Source of the DNA: Selaginella moellendorffii
Lineage: Eukaryota > Plantae > Lycopodiophyta
Length of the DNA stretch: 64,000 nt
Direction of reading: 5' to 3'
NCBI RefSeq assembly: GCF_000143415.4
Contig: NW_003314267.1
Location: 1,123,309 to 1,187,308, forward strand
Position numbers and translations under genes: made by a program
In this document: positions 27,698-39,576 of the stretch, piece by piece
How positions within the stretch are numbered: the stretch's first letter is position 1
Layout: every line of letters starts with the position of its first letter
Notes under the pieces: model-generated
The model's database searches: none
Told to the model about the DNA's origin: nothing
What the model saw: the letters and a program-made list of their open reading frames with translations, nothing else

Positions 27698-28288
27698 CCG
27701 GACTCGGACTCGGACTCGGACTCGGACTCGGACTCGGATTCGGACTCGGACTCGGGCTCGGGCTCGGTCTCGGCCTCGGCCTCGGTCTCGGTCTCGGTCC
27801 CGATCTCGGTCTCGGTCTCGGTCTCGGTCCCGGTCTCGACTTCGAACTCCATCTCGGACTCCATCTCGGACTCCATCTCGGACTCCATCTCGGGTCCATC
27901 TCGGGTCCATCTCGGACTCCATCTCGGGTCCATCTCGGACTCCATCTCGGACTCCATCTCGGACTCCATCTCGGGTCCATCTCGGGTCCATCTCGGACTC
28001 CATCTCGGACTCCATCTCGGACTCCATCTCGGGTCCATCTCGGACTCCATCTCGGACTCCATTTCGGGTCCATCTCGGGTCCACCTCGGACTCCATCTCG
28101 GACTCCATCTCGAGTCCATCTCGGACTCCACTTCGGACTCCAACTCGGGTCCATCTCGGGTCCACCTCGGACTCCATCTCGGACTCCATCTTGGACTCCA
28201 TCTCGGACTCCACTTCGGACTCCAACTCGGGTCCATCTCGGGTCCACCTCGGACTCCACTTCGGACTCCAACTCGGGTCCATCTCGGA
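27698..28288. repeat. Same array in the second LTR, 30 bp shorter
   Basis: Three hexamers and one 12-mer fewer than the array in 20749-22605. Confidence 0.95.
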
Positions 28289-30408
28289 CACTCCCACGTG
28301 TCATGTGTTGGTCCTTTTGGGTCCCTTTTTGGAGCCTTGCCTTTTGCTCGCTTCGTGCTCGTTCCTCGAGCACTTCGTTGGGAGTTCCACTCCCGCTCTT
28401 GACTTTTCAAGTCGGAGCTTTTGGTCCAAACGTGTTACGCTCGTTTGGCTCTTGCTTCGGCCACTACCATGTGGCGCCCTTCCGGCTCCACTTTGGGGCC
28501 TAGGGATTTTGTGTCTCACATCCACACATGGGAATATCAAATACTATGTCCACTCAAACACAACCAAAGAAGTTTTAATGGTTTACCAAGTCTGTCACCT
28601 TTGCACATAAGACAAAGAACTAGGGCACCAAGCACTAACCACACTAGGCCACTTTTGTAATTCTTGCAAAACAAGATTTTGATAGAACAAAAAAACACAG
28701 AACAATCATAGCATTACATTCATGATAGAACATTATTTTTAGTCTCGATCATTGCTATTTGTGCATCAAAGATTACACCATCTCACTAATCAAATAAGAT
28801 GAGAAAATGAGATACACAATGTATTATCTCATTCAATGTGGTAGAAATAACACTCTTGCACTTTGGATTCCTAAAAAATCCTACACTTGAAAGAATTGTT
28901 ATACAGGTAAGCAAACCTAGACTAATAGATATGAAGTGATGGGACAAACCCTAAACTAGGGTTTCTTACCATTCTCCACCACCAACACATTCACCAAGAG
29001 CGCATCCACAAGCAAAGCAAAGTTGGGCAACAACAAGGCTGTGTTTTCACTAAACCCCACACCTTTATGCCCGACCAAGCCAAGATCAATAGCCACTTCA
29101 TCATGCATTACAAAAATGAGTAGCACACACAAAGCATAGTTCTAGGTCTTGTCCAAAATGAGCTATCACCCAGGATCTCACAGCAAAAAAGCCGATACCC
29201 ACAATAGTGACGTTTAAGCTAGCACTGATTTTGCACAAGTAAAGCTCCATGGTGCTTACTATTCTAGTGTTTAACTCCCCCACATTAAAAGCCAGGATAC
29301 AATTGCACTAGACAACAAGATTCATGAAGCGACAAAAAGCAATCAAGTTGAGCACCTTCTTTAGAGTTGAAATACACAAGGTGCAATAAATGCCCAGTCA
29401 TAGGATAAGTCTAGAGGTAATCCTAATCTAAAATAAACTTCTTGTGAGGGTAAAGTATTTGCCACATGCTCTAGGACACACAAAAAAATGCCTAAAAATG
29501 CCTTAACACTTCCTCTATACTTAACAAGTTATGGAAATGACTTCCTATTGACCAAATGTTGCTCAAACAAAGAAGAAATGAACAAGGGAAGAAATGAACT
29601 TTCTTGCAAGGGTACTCACTCATTAACACTTTTCTGAGCTCTAAGATAAGTTTATAAGAAGATACTTGTGGCAAAATCAATGAAAGAATAAAATCCTTCT
29701 TCACAACCCAAACAAGAAAAATGCATTAGCAGAAAATAAGCTTAAAATATGAAACTAGATGCAAATGAAGCCTAAAACTATGAAAAAACTTTTCCTAAAA
29801 GTAGCCTTCATAAAAAAAACTCGAAGAAATTTGCTCCATTCTCTCAATTATGGCAAGTACTTACCTCAAAAGAAAAACACAACAAATCTCATACTATAAA
29901 TCTCATAAAATCACACTCTTGGGCTTGGGAGAAAGCTCTCCACCTCCTCTATAGCTCTAATATTGGAAATTTCCTGCTAGGAAACAATGAAAAACTCAAA
30001 AACCTTTCCTCATGTTTGAAATAAATAAGCATGAGAGAAAAATTGCTCCAAATCACTTTAAATTGACTCAAATCTTGCATTCAAACCTTCTAAAGAAATT
30101 TCATGAGTAAACCTATCAAAAGAGCCCAAAAAAAATTAAAATGGTGATATATCCAACTTGTGCCAAGCTTCTAAGTTATTGTTGTGTGCGCTGTGAAGAA
30201 GTGAAAGCTATATATGCTGATTCTTACATAAACTCTAGGAATTCTTGATGCTCAACCAACAAGATCTACAAGCCTATGATTGCTATTTCTTGAATTGATT
30301 CTCTAATAAGCCATAAAGAGAAGAAAAATTGATTTATTTTGTGCATAAGGAAAGGAAACTCAAAGAAATTTGAGCATGGTGCCTAGAATTTTTCAGTCAG
30401 GTACATCT

Positions 30409-31485
30409 TGTAAGCAATTAATTCTTCCATTCTACTTAATCACTTAACCACACCTCCAACCACTTAAAGAAGTCTCATTCACAGCCTCCATAAATCCAAT
30501 TTAGGACTTGGGGCTTGCTAGCCCCGATAATAGCATCCAGGCTACTCAACCTTTGCACTTGGTCCAAATGCTTCATATGTTCAATCCTATGACCGACACC
30601 CCAAGGTACCATCGACATATCAGCCCGTTATGCTAAAGCCATACCCATTCCCCTTGGTCCCACCGATGGTTCATCACCACCTACATCACAGTTCTGTCTC
30701 TCAAAGACTAAGCCATCCATCCCTATGATGATCATCCTAGATCCACTCCTTAGGCCCACAAGGCCCATAAGCCCACAAACCTCACAAACCTGACCACTAA
30801 GTCCCACTTCCTCATCACATGACTGTATCCTTGGTCATTACACTAAAGGACAACTCCTCTTCCTTTTCATAGTCTAGGACTTTGGGATAACATTTCGGAA
30901 CATCATGGCCCTATACAAGCCTTATTGGTACTCTTCCTACCTTCTGCTTTTGGGTGCTCTAGCCATGGGCTTAGAGTGAGGTTTTGTTGAGCCACACCAA
31001 ATATCCAAGTAGGTAATGCCACCCACGCTTGGACTGAGAGTATCAACCATTTGATCTCCTAGAGGAACTAGAGCTAACTCTTGAACACTTTACCAAGCTA
31101 CCCCATTTATAGGTTCGTACTCACTCTAGCCTTGGACTTCCTAGTGGCTATCTCATCACTCAACACCTAGGTACAACCTTCCTAGGCCAAAATAGCCTTT
31201 CCTAACCAAATTGGCTTCACTAGGGTCCAACCCCTACACTCTCTCTACTATACTTTTGGAACCCCCTATAGCCACCCCCAGGGGACGATTGCTTTGGGCT
31301 TTCATCTACAGCTCGTATTAGTATTCTAACTCGAACTTGGACTTAGTCTCCGTCTTGGTTCCATCTTGGACTCCTTCTCGGACTCCCACCTCAGAATCCC
31401 TCTCGGACTCCATCTCAAACTCCCTCTCAAACTCCATCTCAAACTCCATCTCGGACTCCATCTCGGGTCCATCTTGGATTCCATT
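30409..31485 (-). mobile_element. Older truncated LTR of the LARD family
   Basis: Begins tgtaagcaattaattcttccattc and is colinear with 20749 onward, with C>T/G>A decay. Breaks off within the array. Confidence 0.8.
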
Positions 31486-31499
31486 GTAAACTCATGAAT

Positions 31500-33896
31500 T
31501 TGGACTTCCTGGGAGGTCTGGAAAAAGCAAAGTCTTTGTTATGGAACCAAAAGGATACCTTGAGAATGGAGGTAGTGATCCGATATTGCTGGGTGCGACA
31601 ATCAAGGATAGGAGCAAAAAACTAGTGGTTAAGAAAAGAGCTATAGGAATCATGGGAAAGAATCCAAAATGCAAAGTTAAGCCAAGAATACTAATGTGTT
31701 GGGTGCTAATGAATTGTGGGAAAGGCAATATGTTTCTAAGGATAGATTCCCAATTGCTCCAATTTGGCAAAAGTGGAAGCTCCAAGGCAGGGAGTGGTAA
31801 AGTAGCCAAATGATAAAGACGTGGACAACCCTAGCACGAATTAAGATAACTAGAACTTATTGCCAAAGGTCGCACAAAATGGAAAAGAGGATGATGGTGC
31901 CCTCAAATAGAGAATTTCAAAGATGGGGAAGTGGAGTTGCACAATATGTGCAATGCAAAGTGTTGGAGACACTTAGGAAATTGGCTCTGACAAGTCAAAT
32001 TTAAAAGTTCCAGAGTGCAAGTTTATATCAATGGGAACTGAGGTTACTCAGGAGTGAGTAGTGGGATTGAGATAGAAGAGGTGCCTCTAATGGGTTTAGC
32101 AAAACTAAACCAATGAAAGGGAAAGAATCACCATAGGTGGTCGATCAAGTCTCTATGTCAGAGAGGCTATGCACCTTAGAGGATGGAGAAGGCATGGTGA
32201 GCCTTCAGTGTCATACCATTGACAAATATTGGCTAAGTGCTAAGGATGGAAATGGTAATATATGTTGGTGTTACTTTATAAAAATGGTTTACCGTTCGAT
32301 GAGGACATCTAACTTAATCTATGGGTGGTGGAATTGTGAGACACAAATCCTTAAGCCCCAAAGTGGAGCCAAAAGGGCACCACATGGTAGTGGCTGAAGC
32401 GAAAGTCAAACGAGCATAACACGTTTGGACTAAAAGCTCCGACTTGAAAGGTCGAGAGTGGGAGTGGAACTCCCAACTGAGTGCTCAAGGAACAAGCATG
32501 AAGCGAGCCATAAGAGAGCCTCTAGAAAAGGGATCCGAGATAGAGTCCGAGATGGACCCGAGATGGAGTCCGAGATGGACCCGAGATGGAGTCCAAGATG
32601 GACCTGAGATGGAGTCCAAGATGGAGTCCGAAATGGACTCGAGATAGAGTCCGAGATGGACCTCAGATGGAGTTCAAGATGGACTGAGATGGAGTCCGAG
32701 ATGGACCGAAATGGAATCCGAGATGGAGTTTGAGAAGGATCCGAGATGGAGTCCGAAGTCGAGATCGAGACCAAGACCGGGATCGAGACCAAGACTGAGA
32801 CTAAGGCCGAGGCCGAGAATGAGCCCAAGCCCGAGTCCAAGTCTGAGTCTGAGTCCGAGTCCAAGTCTGAGTCTGAGTCTAAGTTCAAGTCTAAGAGGGT
32901 GAAAGCCCAAAGTGTTTGTCTCCCAATCCCAGACCCCGGGGGGTTTGGTGAGCTCCAAAAGTATAGTAGGGGGAGGACTCTAGTGGAGCTAGTTTGGCCA
33001 GGAAAGGCCAGTTTGGCCTAGGAAGGCTGCACCCAAGTGTTGGGTGAGGGGATAACCATTGGGAAGTCCAAGACTAGAGTGAATATGGACAAACAAGTAA
33101 GGTAACTTGGTGAAGTGTTCAAGAGCCGGCTCTAGTTCCTCTAGGAGATCAAATGGTCGATGCTCCCAATCCAAGTGTGGGTGGCACTACCTACTTGGAT
33201 ACCTGGCGTGGCTCAATGGAACCTTGCTCTAAGCCCATGGCTAGAGCACCCAAAGGCGGAAGGCGGGGAGAGTACCCACGAGGCTCGTGTAAGGCCACAG
33301 TGTTCTGAAATGTTGCCCCAAAGTCCCAGATTAGGAAAAGGAAGAGGAGCCGTCCTCTAGTGTAGAGACCAAGGATACAGTCATGTGAAGAGGAAGTCCC
33401 AGAGGACCGAGAGACTTAGTGGTCTGGCTTGTGGGCCTTGATTCAGTGGTAGTGTTGGCAAACACGGCCATGGACAGAAAGGGACTTGGTGGGGACTGGA
33501 AAAGGGATATTGGGGAAGGTTAATCCCTATGTCTGTGGGCATCCTAAGGATGCTAAGGAGTGGATTTGGGATGATCACTCATGGATGGATGGCCCAATCT
33601 TTGAGAGATGAGATTGTGATGCAGGTGGTGTTAGACCACCAGTATGACCAAGGTGAAGGGGCATGGCCTTAGCGTAACAGGCTGATATGTCGATAGTACC
33701 TTGGGGTGTCGGTCATGGGATCGGACACGTGGAGCACTTAGACCAAGTGCAAAAGTTAAGGGGCGGGGATGCCATTCTTGGGGCTAGCAAGCCCAAGTCC
33801 GAAATAGGGCTCATGAAGGTTGTGAGTGAAACTCCTCCAAGTAGTCGAAGGTGTGGTTAAGTGATGAAAGTAGAATGGAAAATTTAGTCAATTACA
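31500..33896 (+). mobile_element. 3' part of an older LARD-family copy: internal region, PPT and LTR 32335-33896
   Basis: Reverse complement of 20749-~23480. PPT atgggtggtggaat precedes tgtgagacac; the LTR ends ...aatttagtcaattaca. Confidence 0.85.
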
Positions 33897-35108
33897 CAAG
33901 AGTGCACCCCCTTTTCCAATCGGTTAAGGGTTTTGAGATATTTGGGGTTAAGCATCCTTGGATTTGAATAGTACTTGGCTGGATGACCTTCCAAGAAATC
34001 CAAATTCAGGAGTTTACATTTGGTATTAGAGCAGTCTTGGGTCCGACTCTGTTGGTTGGCTAGGGGAATCAAACCACATGTTGATTGACATTTGGTTGGT
34101 CCAGTTTGCTCCCACTAGGCTCGACCCGAGGGGTAGGGTGTCAAGAGAGCTGCGGCTCTCAGCTTCCATTCACGAGAGCGTGAACTTGCAGGGAAGCGTG
34201 GTGGATTATAAGCAACTAAAGGGAACGATTTAAAAGACAATCTATGGGGTTCAAATATAGAAGGAAAATGGCCCATGAACAAGAGTGCACCCCCTTTTTC
34301 AATCGGTTAAGGGTCTTGGGATATTTGGGGTTAAGCATCCTTGGGTTTGAATAATACTGAGTTGGGTGACCTCCCGGGAAGTCTAAATTCAGGAGCTTAC
34401 ATTTGGTATCAAAGGGGTCTCAGATCCAACTCTATTGGTTGGCTAGGGGAATCACACCACATGTTGATTGACATCTGCCTGGTCTAGTTTGCTCCCACTG
34501 GGCTCGACCCAAGGGGTAGGGAACGACTTGAGAGACGATCCATGGGGTTCAAATATAGAAGGAAAGGGCCCATGAACAATAGTGCACCCCCTTTTTCAAT
34601 TGACTAAGGAAGGGTCTTGGGATATTTGGGGTTAAGCATCCTTGGGTTTGAATAGTACTGGGCTGGGTGACCTCCCGAGAAGTCCAAATTCAGGAGCTTA
34701 CATTTGGTATCAGAGCGGTCTTGGGCCCAACTCTGCTAGTTGGCTAGGGGAATCACACCACATGTTAATTGACATTTGGCTGGTCCAATTTGCTCATGCT
34801 AGGCTCGACCCGAGGGGTAGGGTGTCAAGAGAGCGGGGCTCTCGAAAGAGCTGCAGCTCTTAGCTTCCGTTCACGAGGGTGTGAACTTACAGGGAAGCGT
34901 GGTGGATTGTAAGCAACTAAAGGGAACGACTTGAGAGACAGTTCATGAGGTTCAAATATAGAGGGAAAGGGCCCATGAACAAAAGTGCACGCCCTTTTTT
35001 AATTGGTTAAGGGTCTTGGGATTTTTAAGGTTAAGCGTCTTTGGGTTTGAATAGTACTGGGCTGGGTGACCTTTGGAGAAGTCCAAATTCATGATCTTAC
35101 CTTTGGTA
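33897..35108 (+). mobile_element. Tandem array of Cassandra-like TRIMs (four ~195 bp LTRs with a 5S rRNA internal control region, three short internal domains)
   Basis: LTRs at 33897-34018 (5' truncated), 34207-34401, ~34518-34702 and 34908-35101, ends TGTAAGC...GCTTACA. Each is followed by a PBS (TGGTATCAGAGC at 34705); PPT gggaagcgtggtggat. Each LTR contains a GTTAAGC...TAGTACT...GGGTGACC...GAAGTCC-type segment. Confidence 0.88.
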
Positions 35109-36024
35109 TGTTGTATTCTTTTTGAAAAAATATTATATAGTTGTAGAATTGTGTTATGTAAACTAACACGATTTTGTGTGTTAGTATTTGTATTGCTATG
35201 TCATTTTCAACTTGATAAATTTAATTAATCTTCAACAAAGTCACTACTTGCCAACTTTGGGATTAAACAAGAGTGCATATTATGGCTACTCTTTTTATAA
35301 GTCGTTGTGTTAAATTTTTGAAAAGTGTTTGTAGCTTACGTTTAATTGTGTTGTGTTTAATCTTTTGCATCCTCATTATAAGTGTTTGTGCTTTCCAGTC
35401 GATAGTGATATTCAAAACATTTGAGTTGAGTAGTGATTGCATTTAAAGTGTTGTTGTCCTTGATATTGATGTCGAAAGAGGTTTTCAAATTTTTTATTCT
35501 TGTATTCTTCTATCTTTGATCATTGTTCATGCATTAAAATATGGGTTCCAGCAATTTACCTTGGCAAGGGTTTGTAAGTGTATCCATTATTCTTTACCTT
35601 AAGTTCCATTTCATATTTCTTCACTAGGTAACTCGTGTATGATTATACTTATAGGTGTGATGTATCCTTGAAAGAATTTTTATCCAATGATCTTTTTTAT
35701 TTCTTGAAGTAGAAAAGTCAGTAGTCTCTCGTAAATTCGATTAACTTTATCTTATATATATTATTATGTTTCTTATTTTTGGCAAATGTATTCTTGATTT
35801 ACGTAGATATGGGAGATCCCAGAAAGCTTGAGAATGAGTCTCTATATATAAAGTTTTGTCTTATTTTGTTTTTCTATAAATTTCTTATAAGGGATGATTT
35901 TTGAATATATTGATATATGGTTTTCTTGATTTTGATTGTTGTATACTAAATTGAAGAATTTTTTTTTGAATTTTGAGAGGCAAATTCTTAAGTGCCTTCA
36001 CCATCTTAGACTTTATCGCAAGTA

Positions 36025-36313
36025 TATCTCAGACTCCATCTTGGACACCATCTCAGACTCCATCTTAGATCCATCTCAAACTCCTCCATGTGTCATGTAT
36101 TGGTCCTTTTGTGCCCCTTTTTTAGAGACTCACTTATTGCTCGCTTTGTGCTTGTTCCTTGAGCACTTCATTGAGAGTTCCACTCATACTCTCAACTTTT
36201 CGAGTCAAAGCTTTTAATCTATATGTATTACACTCATTTAGCTTTTGCCTCAACCACTACCATGTGGCACCCTTTTAGCTCCTCTTTGGAGCCTAGGGAT
36301 TTTATGTCTCATA
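36025..36313 (-). mobile_element. Decayed terminal fragment of a LARD-family LTR
   Basis: Matches ~22340-22605 and ends gggatttatgtctcata. Confidence 0.7.
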
Positions 36314-36662
36314 CATCCCTCCTTGCTTCTAAGATCTTTTTAGCATTGGTGCCATCACTAGAACTTAGATTTCTCAAGAATTTGCTTCAAACCCTAAAAG
36401 AAAACTAAAGAACCAAGAGGAGGATTGACTAGAAAGCAATTTTCCTAGTGGTATCGCTAGATGTTAAGTGGGGAGCCTCTCAAGTGGCAAGAACACTCTT
36501 TCATACTTTGAAATTCTACTCAAAACATCTCTTTGTATGAACTCTTTGCCCCATTTTCTAGGGAAGGAGGGGAATATACCCCTGCACCTTAGCATCTCCT
36601 CAAGCCCCTAAAATATTTTGACAATAGAATATTTTAGGGAATCTCACTCAACTCTAAGCCAT

Positions 36663-39576
36663 TGTAAGGAACCGACTCCCCAAGATGTCGTAGGCTAAAG
36701 GATCCCCAAAAGCTTGACCAAAATGACAAAGAGTTCATCGGATGGGACCAAGTCAAAGATCGAATCCAAGACCGACTTTGAGACCGAGTTCGAGATAGAG
36801 TCCGGGATCGAGCCGAGGCCGAATCAGAGGCCGAGATCAAGACCGAGTTCGAGACCGAGTTCGAGACGGAGTCCGAGATCCAAATCGGGTCCGAGACCGA
36901 GTCCGAGGTCGAGTCCGAAGTCGAGTCCGAGATCGGGTCCGAGATCGGGTCCGAGATCGAGATCGATTCTGAGACTAAGTCCACATACTAATACAGCTCA
37001 AGGGGTGGGGGGGGGGGGGGGGGGGCCGGGCTGCAGGGGGTTCCAAAAGTATAGTAGGGATAGTGAGGTCCAGAAACCAGTCTTGAAGGAACTCTCTAGT
37101 GGTGCTTCCAAACTGACTTGAGGTTGAGACTGGGGCCGAGGGGCCTTGGGTGGGAGTGAGCATGGGCCTGAGTGGTGCCAGAGGGGCCACCCAGGGAAGA
37201 AAATTCCTCATCACTCGAAATAACAATGCCACTTTTACTAACATAAGTGCTAACAATGTCAATGCCTCAACTACAACACCTTTTCCATCCAACAATCTAC
37301 TCCAAGTGTTAACGAATCAACCAACAAACTATAGCAAATGAATGCTACAACCTTTTCCAACACTTTATGGGCAAACCCTCAAGGAAACAAGGTACCAACA
37401 TAAGCTTAGTATATCATAGATCACTATTGAGAATTTAGTCAAAGCTACTATAATGCTACTATGTGTAAGTAGACTAGCTTCACTATCAACTACTTTGGAG
37501 TTGATCATCGTTTAACCAAGCAACTTTGTAAACACATTACTCACTATCACATGGATATGATATAAAAATCACAATAACTTGATCATCAATCGAGCAATAC
37601 CACAAGTAATGCCCATATCACTACTACAAGGTTTACGTGAGTACCAAGTGCCAACTCAATTTAACAAAATGCAATATAAATGCACACTCCACCAATAAAG
37701 ATTTTTAACACCTAATACCATTAACTTTTGTTCACAATACGGACAAGCTCATGCCACTCTCTTTCCGACAAAACTCAAAACTAATCCAACACTAAGCTAC
37801 TCAAGGAGCAATAGCAAAGTTCCTCATAAAAGAATTGAGCATTGCAACCTAAGTCTTCAATACCAAGCCTAGAAAAAATGGTTTAGCGTTTCACCGCTAT
37901 CCATCCCATGACTCACCACTTGTAAGACCATCACTTTCAACATGCATCAAGGTAGGAACTCTTGATTGCATAATATGAACACGGGCAATGAGTCACACCT
38001 CGTCATGAATCATCTCTCCAAGAAAAAAAGATGATTCACATGTTTGATCCTTTGTCCCTAATAACTCTTTTTTTGGTCTTAACCCTGACTAAACCTTAAG
38101 CTTGCTTTCGCATTGCCTTCAATCCAATCCAAGAAAAGTTTATGAGAGAGTATGGCAATGATTACTTGAACCAATGGACTAATCCCTATAATCTTGATTG
38201 GTTCACTTATAATCATGCCTAGAAAGGATCCACTAGTGTCGTGCTAAACCAGCCTATTTGCCACTCATAACAAACATAGGGAAGGTTTACTTTCACCCAT
38301 AGTACAAGGAACAACTCATCGATAGACTAACATTCATTTTGCCAACTTAAAGTGTGATCTTAAATTGCTAATGTGCCTCACTCATGAGCCCAAATGCAAA
38401 CTCGTGCAAATGGAACAAAAAGGTAATCAAATCCATACCCAAGAAACGAATGCGAAGCCTTTGCACCCAAACATGTACCCACTCGGATCATTGTTTTCAT
38501 CTCTATGTATGCAACGAAACTAGTCTCATTGGATAGTACTCACCGAGACGTATCCTCTGATACCAAATGTAGCACATGTGGTTTTTACCTTTTATCCTAT
38601 AGTGATTTACTATAGGATAACCACGAAGTAGAACTTAAACCCTCCATGTGCCACATGTCACATGCCACATATCCAAAGAATAGTGGTATGGAACCCGAGT
38701 TTCAGGGCCTTGGGCCATTGAACGAAGGAACGGTGCCAAACTCTTAAGCTAGAAGCCAAAGAGTGAAGGAACCGGACCACAGAGTAACTCTTGAGCATAC
38801 AACCTAAGGAGTGAAGGGACAAGAGCATGGAGTGACTTGGAATAGTCCTAAAACATCTAACATCCCAATGCCAAGACCAGTATGCAAAACGGAGCCAAAC
38901 AAAATCTAATGCTATTTTAGCATACTAGTGGCCTAATGTGAAGATATAAGTACTCTACCAACTAGCATGGTATGGAACTTGGGCTTAGACCCAAGTCGGA
39001 CGCAGAATAAAGACAGATATGCAAGCGGGAGCTAGACTATGACTTAGGTTAGTCGGCCCACTATCCCTACTATCCCACTATCCCTACTAAACCTTGTGGC
39101 TCATTGGTCCTTGCCCTTCCTAGGGGCTTGGGCCTTCCCTTCGGGATGGAAGTGGGGGGGGTAGAGGTACCCATACTAGGCCGTTAGGCCACGGTGTTTC
39201 GCCCCGACGTCCCGAAGCAAGTGCTGCACCCAAGGCTTGGGATTTAGAGGGTCCCATGATCAAGTCTTGTGGTACCAAGGGGTGGTAGGAATCTGGAGGC
39301 TTGGTGTGCTTGGCTGCTTGTGCCTGCGGGGAGTGTAGCCGAACCTTAAGTCTAGTCTAACCTGGGGAGGGGGATTGGGAGAGATTTGGGAATCCGTAGA
39401 TGGATGGCTAACACTTCGTTGCTCGTGCAGTGAGTAGCTGAAACTAAGTAGGACCAAGTAGGAGCTGGTACCATAGGCGAGAACTTTGGCGAGGGAACTT
39501 AGCACAAGCCAAGGCAGAGTTGGTCGGATAGACAAGGTAAGCTAGCAAATTAGAAAGGAAAACTTTGTGGCTTACA
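36663..39576 (+). mobile_element. Solo LTR of the intron-bearing gypsy family, with a 1.9 kb foreign replacement at 37200-39090
   Basis: TGTAAGG...GGCTTACA ends. TSD GCCAT at 36658-36662 and 39577-39581. Colinear with 44286-45289 except for the insert. Confidence 0.85.
37200..39090 (-). mobile_element. Fragment of family F2 (internal region, PBS, part of LTR)
   Basis: Homologous to 3410-4760. PBS reverse complement ctctgatacca at ~38555-38565, then LTR tgtagcacatg from 38568. Confidence 0.75.

Larger units (their letters stand above)
20749..28520 (-). mobile_element. Young non-autonomous LTR retrotransposon (LARD-like), 7772 bp
   Basis: Near-identical LTRs at 20749-22605 (1857 bp) and 26694-28520 (1827 bp) with TG...CA ends. 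5-bp TSD TCCAC at 20744-20748 and 28521-28525. PBS TGGTATCGGAGC (26690-26679) and PPT ATGGGTGGTGGAGT next to 22605. The 4.1 kb interior has no recognisable gag-pol ORF. Confidence 0.93.

Noticed and set aside
33897-35108. 5S rDNA array or CRISPR array
   Set aside because: Only ~55 nt of 5S is present, embedded in TG...CA LTRs with PBS and PPT. Spacers are homologous to each other and the context is eukaryotic.
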